Origin: a virus
Length of the DNA stretch: 64,000 nucleotides
Reading direction: 5' to 3' (one strand)
IMG/VR virus record: IMGVR_UViG_3300032236_001191
Location: 1 to 64,000 of that record
Shown here: one piece after another, positions 57,849-64,000 of the stretch
How the letters are laid out: each line of letters starts with the position of its first letter
Numbering within the stretch: position 1 is the first letter of the stretch
Notes under the pieces: model-generated
What the model saw: the letters and a program-made list of their open reading frames with translations, nothing else
What the model was told of the DNA's origin: nothing
Database searches by the model: none
Made by a program: the position numbers and the translations under genes

Positions 57849-58250
57849 GTGCGAGGGGGCGACATTTCAAATGAAGTTCCTCTTCGTGTTCTAGTAACGC
57901 TAGATTGCATCATAGACCGAAAACCAACTTTTAAACGAGTACTGGGTATTCCGGTTATGGGTGAAGAGACTACTTATAACAGACAAGCACTTGCACACTT
58001 TTGGCGTTTCAGCGAAAAGCATGACTATACTTTTGAGTTAGTTGGTTTTGAGTACACGCAAAAAGAAATGGAACGAGTACTAGAAGATCTTGACAATCTA
58101 GGTACCAATCCATTTAATTATGCAAAGGCATATAACGTAGTTGCAGATTTGGTTGGAGAACTTCCTTATCGTCCTGAGGTAAAAGGGGTAGTAGATATAC
58201 CCTCTCGTGCGCTAAGATACGGCAGTAAATATATGGAGACGGGGGCATAA
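57849..58250 (+). CDS. hypothetical protein
   Basis: M.GGDISNE N-terminus; coupled operon. Confidence 0.65.
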   Translation: MRGGDISNEVPLRVLVTLDCIIDRKPTFKRVLGIPVMGEETTYNRQALAHFWRFSEKHDYTFELVGFEYTQKEMERVLEDLDNLGTNPFNYAKAYNVVADLVGELPYRPEVKGVVDIPSRALRYGSKYMETGA

Positions 58251-59485
58251 TGGCAGCAGATAATGAGGTTAGACTATTATCTAGAGCTATTCGTACTAGA
58301 GATATTTCAGCGTTACTAGAAGCCGGTATAGATAGCGATTGGTTCTTTGTTGAGGACAATCGCCAAGTTTGGCGTTTCTTAAAACAGCACTGGACTAAGT
58401 ACCAGGAAGTTCCTACAGCCGTTACGGTTAAGGATAACTTCCCCACATACAATCTTCTTGCCGTAGACGACTCTATTGAATACCTAGTTGATCAGCTAGT
58501 TGAGTACCGTAGACGTCAAAGTGCAATCACTGTAATTCAGACTGCTTCTGATCTTATCGCTACCGGAGATCATGACGCAGCTATTGCATCTATGAACCAA
58601 GGCATCGCAAAGATTGCTGATGAGGGTGTTCGTCAAAGTACAGATATTGATCTTACTCATGACGCTATGGCTCGTTTTGAAGAGTACCGAGAAATCAAGA
58701 CTCGTCCAAACGGTTTGCTTGGCATGGCTACAGGGTTTCCAACAATTGATAAAGCTACCGCTGGACTACAGGGCGGTCAGCTTGTAACAATCATTGCTCC
58801 TCCAAAGACAGGTAAATCTGTACTTGCTTTGCAGATGGCAGTTAACATTCACAACGACGGTTTTGTTCCTATGTTTCAGTCTTTTGAAATGAACAATATT
58901 GAGCAACAACATCGTCATGACTCTATGAGAGCTAAGATTGCACACTCACGTCTTGTGCGTGGAAGTCTTAACCCAGATGAAGAACGCCGATACAAAGCTA
59001 CCCTGGCGCATATGGAAACTATGCACAAGTTTTATCTTAGCGATTCCGTAACTGCTTTGACGGTCAGCGGATTGGGTGCAAAGATCGACAAGCTTCGTCC
59101 TGACGTAGTGTTTGTTGACGGTGTTTATCTTATGGTTGACGAGGTTAGTGGTGAGCAGAATAGCCCACAGGCATTGACCAACATTACCCGTTCCCTAAAA
59201 CAACTTGCTCAGGCAAAGAATATCCCAGTCGTTATCAGTACCCAGGTTTTGCTATGGAAGATGAAGGGCAAGAAAGTATCTGCGGATGCTATCGGTTATT
59301 CTTCGTCTTTCTATCAAGACTCTGACGTAATCTTTGGTTTGCAACGCCAGGATGAAGAAGATGACACTACTCGTGAATTAAAGATTGTTGCTAGTCGTAA
59401 CAGCGGACCTGCCGCTACCGATCTCCTTTGGGATTGGGAAGAGGGAAAGTTTGAGGAATATGGTACCTTCGGCATCACCATTTGA
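58250..59485 (+). CDS. dnaB: replicative DnaB-like helicase
   Basis: TGFPTID..T.G, APPKTGKS, FEM, VDGVYL, LKQLA, QDSD. Confidence 0.92.
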   Translation: MAADNEVRLLSRAIRTRDISALLEAGIDSDWFFVEDNRQVWRFLKQHWTKYQEVPTAVTVKDNFPTYNLLAVDDSIEYLVDQLVEYRRRQSAITVIQTASDLIATGDHDAAIASMNQGIAKIADEGVRQSTDIDLTHDAMARFEEYREIKTRPNGLLGMATGFPTIDKATAGLQGGQLVTIIAPPKTGKSVLALQMAVNIHNDGFVPMFQSFEMNNIEQQHRHDSMRAKIAHSRLVRGSLNPDEERRYKATLAHMETMHKFYLSDSVTALTVSGLGAKIDKLRPDVVFVDGVYLMVDEVSGEQNSPQALTNITRSLKQLAQAKNIPVVISTQVLLWKMKGKKVSADAIGYSSSFYQDSDVIFGLQRQDEEDDTTRELKIVASRNSGPAATDLLWDWEEGKFEEYGTFGITI

Positions 59486-59741
59486 TGGCAGCCAGCTATG
59501 TGCTCAAGTAGACAAAGACTGGTTTTTTCCAGACGAAGTTGACGATGAGGTAGAAGTGTTTAGTCTTAAAGAACTAAATGCCAAAGCCGTATGTCTTATG
59601 TGTCCTCTGAGTAAAGCTTGCCTGGACTATGCTCTTAAGACTCCATCACTAGAGGGAATCTGGGGAGGAACTACAAAGCATGAGAGAAAGCTTATGCGAC
59701 GTAGATTACGTGCAAGGGAGCTAAAGCTTGCTAGATCTTAG
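59460..59741 (+). CDS. whiB: WhiB-family transcriptional regulator
   Basis: C...D..FFP, AKAVC..CP....C..YAL, GIWGGT...ER. Confidence 0.92.
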   Translation: MVPSASPFDGSQLCAQVDKDWFFPDEVDDEVEVFSLKELNAKAVCLMCPLSKACLDYALKTPSLEGIWGGTTKHERKLMRRRLRARELKLARS

Positions 59742-59904
59742 AGATAAAGAAAATCCTTTAGAGGTTTGTATATGCGGATCCACTTTGTGGAAAGTGCAGG
59801 CAATGTTTGAAGAAGGTGAGATAAGCCTTTATATGCTAGATATGGAGTGTGCGTTATGCGGAGCTTTAGCTACCGCACCAACGCCAATTGATTATAGGAG
59901 TTGA
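59728..59904 (+). CDS. small Zn-binding protein (not in ORF track)
   Basis: TTG start; VCICGS...ECALCGALATAPTP. Confidence 0.65.
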   Translation: MLDLRDKENPLEVCICGSTLWKVQAMFEEGEISLYMLDMECALCGALATAPTPIDYRS

Positions 59905-59906
59905 AT

Positions 59907-60089
59907 ATGGTAACATTTTTAATGGGTTTAATTATGGGGGCTTACTTTACGTGGGCAATTTTAACTAGAGATATTGACCCAAGAGACAAAGCTGACGGGG
60001 TAGATGTTATATGCTACGGCTGTGGTAGAAAGTATTGGATCAGTTATGAAAACTTTAGAACGTCTAACTACTGTACACAGTGTAAATAA
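59907..60089 (+). CDS. membrane-anchored Zn-ribbon microprotein
   Basis: N-terminal TM segment, CYGC...CTQC; SD AGGAG. Confidence 0.55.
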   Translation: MVTFLMGLIMGAYFTWAILTRDIDPRDKADGVDVICYGCGRKYWISYENFRTSNYCTQCK

Positions 60090-60099
60090 AGGAGTCACC

Positions 60100-60201
60100 A
60101 TGTGTCATCTATGCGGATCAACAGAAAAGACTGAACTATTTGGTGTGACTCAGATCTATCTTTGCAAGAACTGCTGGTCAAATAACTCTAAGGGAGAATA
60201 A
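60100..60201 (+). CDS. 33-aa Zn-ribbon peptide
   Basis: MCHLCG...LCKNC; SD AAGGAG. Confidence 0.5.
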   Translation: MCHLCGSTEKTELFGVTQIYLCKNCWSNNSKGE

Positions 60202-61166
60202 TGTACAAAGAGGGTGACGTAGAACAAGTACTTCTACGTTTGGGTATTGATGCCAATCAGCGCAATTCAGAGCTGACTGGCTATTGCCCTATGCACCTAG
60301 AACGTGTAGGCCGGGAAGATAGCAATCCTTCCTGGTCTATCAACGTTGAGACCGGTGTACACCATTGCTTCTCCTGTGGCTATAAAGGTAGCCTATTAAG
60401 CCTTGTAGCGGACATTAACGAGTTTTTAACCCAGTGGGGACGTTACGACTACGACGCAGCTAAAGACTGGCTTAGAAGCCAGATTGAGGTTGATTTTGAG
60501 GCACTCAAGAAACATTTAGAAGAGCTTAGAAATTCTTACGTAGCTCCTACCAAGCCTCTAGAAATGAGTGAAGCTCGTCTTGCGGTATTTACTGAACCTA
60601 TTCAAGAAGCTTTAGATGCTCGTGCGTTGACTGCAGAAGCTTGCGAGCTTTATGGGGTTAAATGGGAGCTTAAGAATAACCTTTGGATTACTCCTATTCG
60701 TGAGCCTAAAACATTTAAGTTACTTGGGTGGCAAGAAAAAGGGCAGAAAAGCCGTACCTTTAGAAACCGTCCTATGGGCGTTGTGAAGTCCAGCACACTC
60801 TTTGGAATTGACACCTGGAAAGGTGGCACAATGATCATTGTAGAGTCGCCTTTAGATGCCGTGCATCTAGCTAGTTGTGGGTATACCGGTGGACTTGCAA
60901 CCTTTGGGGCTTCTATCTCAGAGGCACAGATTGACCTAATGCGAATGGCTGATAGACTTATCATTGCATTTGATAATCCTAAGATTGATGCTGCTGGGGA
61001 AAAAGCCTCAAAAGCTATTCTTAGTACCCCAGGACTAGAACCTATCTTCTTTAGCTATGGTGACCTAGGGGTAAAAGATATTGGGGATATGACTGCTGAA
61101 ATGATTGGTGCTGGCCTTGAAAATGCCAAGCATTGTGTCTACGGAGAGAAAGCTATCTACTCATGA
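60201..61166 (+). CDS. dnaG: DNA primase (CHC2 Zn finger plus TOPRIM)
   Basis: CPMH...PSWSIN..HCFSC; IVESPLD; FDN..D.AG; KDIGD. Confidence 0.88.
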   Translation: MYKEGDVEQVLLRLGIDANQRNSELTGYCPMHLERVGREDSNPSWSINVETGVHHCFSCGYKGSLLSLVADINEFLTQWGRYDYDAAKDWLRSQIEVDFEALKKHLEELRNSYVAPTKPLEMSEARLAVFTEPIQEALDARALTAEACELYGVKWELKNNLWITPIREPKTFKLLGWQEKGQKSRTFRNRPMGVVKSSTLFGIDTWKGGTMIIVESPLDAVHLASCGYTGGLATFGASISEAQIDLMRMADRLIIAFDNPKIDAAGEKASKAILSTPGLEPIFFSYGDLGVKDIGDMTAEMIGAGLENAKHCVYGEKAIYS

Positions 61167-62716
61167 CCTTTACAGGCACTCTTTTACCTTATCAGGTTGA
61201 CGCCGTAGAAGCTATGGTTGAGAAGAAAAAGATGCTTGTAGCCTACGATTTAGGTTTAGGTAAAACAGTATTAACAATCGCAGCAATTGAGGCTTTAAAG
61301 GACCAAGAAAAGATCGTTGGGCCTGGTATAGTTATCTGCTTATCAAGCCTCAAGTATCAGTGGGCAGAACAAATCAGAAAGTTTACAAATGGATCTTCAA
61401 ACCCTTTGGTCATTGACGGAACGCCAAAACAAAGGCAAGCACAATATATCGAAGCGCTCGACTGGGGCCATTCGCTTGTTGACTACGTCATTATTAACTA
61501 CGAGCAAGTTGTTAACGACTGGGACTACATACAACAACTCTCAACAGAGTTCATCATCTGTGACGAAGCCACAGCAATCAAATCTTTCAAATCAAAACGA
61601 TCCAAAGCTGTAAAGAAACTTAAGAGTCCGGTACGCTTTGCACTAACCGGTACGCCTGTAGAAAATGGTAAGCCAGAAGAGCTTTACTCAATCATGCAGT
61701 TTGTAGACTCTAAAGTCTTAGGGCGCTTTGATCTATTTGACCAAACATTTATTGTACGCAATCGTTTTGGTGGTGTAGAAAAGTATCGCAACCTTTCCAC
61801 ACTGAACAAAGCTCTCTCCGGTTCATGCGTCAGAAAGAAGCAGTCGGATCCGGATGTAGCCCCATATCTTCCGGATTCAATCTTTGCGGAGCCCATTTTG
61901 GTTCAATTTGACAGAGCCGGTGCCGTACTGTATAAGAGTATTGTTAATGATCTTTTAACTGACCTTGATGAGGCCCTAGAATCTTACGGCGCATCCTTTA
62001 ACATCTTTAGCCACTATGGGCAGCAAGAAGACGAGGGTGCACAGGCTGTCAAGGGTAAGATCATGTCTAAGCTAACTACACTGCGTATGCTCTGCGATCA
62101 TCCGGATCTGGTAAAGATGTCGGTAAATACCTCTGGGTATGCTGAGAGTCTTGACAATGATAATAGATTGGACAAGCTTTCTGCGTCTCCAAAACTCTCT
62201 GCTCTTAAAGAGTTTGTCTCTAACTTTCTTTCTGAATACGATGGTAACAAAGTTGTTATCTTCACAAGCTATGTAAACATGGTTGATCTTATCCGTGAGG
62301 AAATCAGCTATGAAAGTCGTCCGTACACTGGAGCCATGAATGCTAAAGATAAAGAGGCGGCTAAAGTCGCTTTCCAAACCGATCCAAGTATTCGTATACT
62401 TGTTAGTAGTGACGCCGGTGGGTATGGCGTTGATCTTCCTCAAGCTAATCTTCTTATTAACTATGATCTCCCGTGGAACGCAGGCCTCGCACTTCAACGT
62501 AATGGACGAATCAGAAGAGCATCCAGCACATGGCCCTCAATCGTAATCCAGGACTTTCTTATGGAGGGCTCCGTCGAAGAACGTCAGCATGCTATGCTCC
62601 AACAAAAGATGGCTATTGCTAACGCTATCGTGGATGGGGAAGGCATAAATCTTGAGGGTGGAATTGATTTAACTGTTGGGACACTTCGCTCCTTTTTGGG
62701 CAACTTTACGGTGTAG
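61163..62716 (+). CDS. SNF2-family helicase
   Basis: DLGLGKT, CDEA, LTGTP.EN, GVDL, DLPWN, QR.GRI.R. Confidence 0.9.
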   Translation: MTFTGTLLPYQVDAVEAMVEKKKMLVAYDLGLGKTVLTIAAIEALKDQEKIVGPGIVICLSSLKYQWAEQIRKFTNGSSNPLVIDGTPKQRQAQYIEALDWGHSLVDYVIINYEQVVNDWDYIQQLSTEFIICDEATAIKSFKSKRSKAVKKLKSPVRFALTGTPVENGKPEELYSIMQFVDSKVLGRFDLFDQTFIVRNRFGGVEKYRNLSTLNKALSGSCVRKKQSDPDVAPYLPDSIFAEPILVQFDRAGAVLYKSIVNDLLTDLDEALESYGASFNIFSHYGQQEDEGAQAVKGKIMSKLTTLRMLCDHPDLVKMSVNTSGYAESLDNDNRLDKLSASPKLSALKEFVSNFLSEYDGNKVVIFTSYVNMVDLIREEISYESRPYTGAMNAKDKEAAKVAFQTDPSIRILVSSDAGGYGVDLPQANLLINYDLPWNAGLALQRNGRIRRASSTWPSIVIQDFLMEGSVEERQHAMLQQKMAIANAIVDGEGINLEGGIDLTVGTLRSFLGNFTV

Positions 62717-62725
62717 AATATTCCT

Positions 62726-62878
62726 ATGCCCAATTCACCTAAGACTCCGACACGTACTATCCGTGTGGCCACTGAATTGTGGACTTCCGTAAAAGAAAAG
62801 GCCGCTTCCGAGGGCCGCACAGTGACGGACGTTATTATTGAGGCATTGAAAAAGTATGTGGAGGAACAGGTCCTCTAA
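62726..62878 (+). CDS. ribbon-helix-helix DNA-binding protein, leaderless (not in ORF track)
   Basis: TPTRTIRV..ELW......A..EGRTVTDVI..AL..Y; TAGAAT 6 nt before ATG. Confidence 0.8.
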   Translation: MPNSPKTPTRTIRVATELWTSVKEKAASEGRTVTDVIIEALKKYVEEQVL

Positions 62879-62946
62879 GTACAGCAACACCAGACCTGCC
62901 CAAATGGGAGGTCTTTAACTAGTTATCGTCTAAGGAGATAATTATT

Positions 62947-63447
62947 ATGGCAACACCATTTTCAAATCCAAAGGGCTATCCAGATCACGACTGGACTACA
63001 AAACGACCAGCCCCAGTAACACCCCCAGATCCATTTGCACTACTACGTCCATTTCTACAATCGTGGACAGTAGGCTTTGATCATCAATTTGAGTTGTTAG
63101 AAGACTTGCGTAAAAATGCAAAGACTACAACTTATCCTCCGTACAATATCAAGGAAATCGAAGAAGGCTCCTGCTATGAAATTGAGATGGCAGTTGCAGG
63201 CTTTGCTAAAGAAGATGTAACCATCAGCGTACAGGACAGCACCCTTACAGTATCCGGTGGCTCAAAAGAGTCTAAGGCAGATACTTATGTACACAAGGGT
63301 ATTGCAGCACGAACCTTCGAACAAAAGTTTGGTCTAGCTGAATACGTTGAGGTTTCAAATGCAACTCTTGAAAACGGAATCCTAACTATTACCTTAAAGC
63401 GAGAACTCCCTGAGGAGAAGAAGCCAAAGGTTATCGAGATCAAGTAA
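62947..63447 (+). CDS. hsp20: small heat-shock protein (Hsp20/IbpA-like)
   Basis: GFD, YPPYNI, AVAGF, HKGIA.R.F, A.LENGIL. Confidence 0.93.
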   Translation: MATPFSNPKGYPDHDWTTKRPAPVTPPDPFALLRPFLQSWTVGFDHQFELLEDLRKNAKTTTYPPYNIKEIEEGSCYEIEMAVAGFAKEDVTISVQDSTLTVSGGSKESKADTYVHKGIAARTFEQKFGLAEYVEVSNATLENGILTITLKRELPEEKKPKVIEIK

Positions 63448-63452
63448 AAATC

Positions 63453-63489
63453 TGTGGGGATCCCTGGCATAAGTCCGGGGATCCCCATA
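63453..63489 (+). terminator. hairpin after hsp20
   Basis: TGTGGGGATCCCTGG-CATAAGT-CCGGGGATCCCCATA. Confidence 0.65.
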
Positions 63490-63529
63490 GTAAATCGACT
63501 ATAATTCATACATAACTAGGGGGTATAAA

Positions 63530-63973
63530 ATGGATATTATCGAATCAACACGTAATTTTGGAAAGCCTGAAGAGGATACTACTCTTAACAAGGTTAAGCG
63601 TTTCCTTATGCTTAAGCGTCAAATTGATGACCTTAGCAAAGAACAGGGCGTACTTAAAACCTACCTATCTGAATTGGTAGATGTAGAGGGTGAACCAGAT
63701 GAAAAGGGTCACTTGTTCTACCCACTGCCAGAAGAGGTAGACGGTTACAAATCTTTACAGCGTCAACGACGTGTATCACAAAAGCTTGATGAAGCTGCAG
63801 CTGAACGCATCCTTAAGGAAAAAGGTCTGGAGACCAAGTGCTACCAGATGCTTCCGGTATTGGATGAGGCTGCTGTTATGGCTGCTCTCTACGAGGGTTT
63901 GCTTACAGAAGAAGAAGTTGATACAATGTTCCCTAAGACAGAAACTTGGGCATTCCTACCAGTAAAGGCATAG
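63530..63973 (+). CDS. hypothetical protein (Gp157/Gam-like coiled-coil architecture)
   Basis: N-terminal coiled coil, G..DEKGH, LDE repeats. Confidence 0.6.
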   Translation: MDIIESTRNFGKPEEDTTLNKVKRFLMLKRQIDDLSKEQGVLKTYLSELVDVEGEPDEKGHLFYPLPEEVDGYKSLQRQRRVSQKLDEAAAERILKEKGLETKCYQMLPVLDEAAVMAALYEGLLTEEEVDTMFPKTETWAFLPVKA

Positions 63974-64000
63974 CATGGACGACGCAGTTGACAAGATGTT

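Noticed and set aside
1-64000. CRISPR array, integrase, inteins, stop-codon reassignment
   Set aside because: No spaced repeats or integrase seen; TerL, DnaB and SNF2 are normal length; TAG, TGA and TAA all terminate intact genes

Overview
A 64-kb segment of a tailed dsDNA phage with a contractile tail (myovirus), probably infecting Actinobacteria. WhiB, a PASTA domain, an actinobacterial Zn-finger protein and leaderless promoters support this host; the low GC for an actinophage suggests freshwater Nanopelagicales-like hosts (inference). Order: a leftward gene and divergent control region (1-970); an accessory block (KTSC-like protein, proteasome-beta-like Ntn protease, three paralogs sharing an uncharacterised N-terminal domain, basic/disordered proteins, HExxH peptidase, HNH); a minus-strand unit (secreted lytic transglycosylase, tRNA-Asn, tRNA-Gln); terminase, portal, scaffold and major capsid; an ~18-kb fibre cluster with collagens, nested-domain Ser/Thr-rich proteins and a GT2-TPR glycosyltransferase, starting at the head-tail connector gene; Lys-rich microproteins; sheath, tube, chaperone, tape measure and baseplate; a replication module (initiator with internal ori-like palindrome, DnaC-like loader, DnaB, WhiB, primase, SNF2 helicase); RHH, Hsp20. 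The strongest leads are (1) a modular, probably glycosylated neck-fibre system with a Cys-rich stalk-and-knob tip and a Cys-rich partner protein, (2) tRNA-processing-linked RNA elements (a stand-alone tRNA minihelix, a pseudoknot abutting tRNA-Asn, a structured spacer between the tRNAs), (3) several SD-sequestering leaders, and (4) a probable +1 chaperone frameshift. All calls come from reading motifs by eye; no searches were run.
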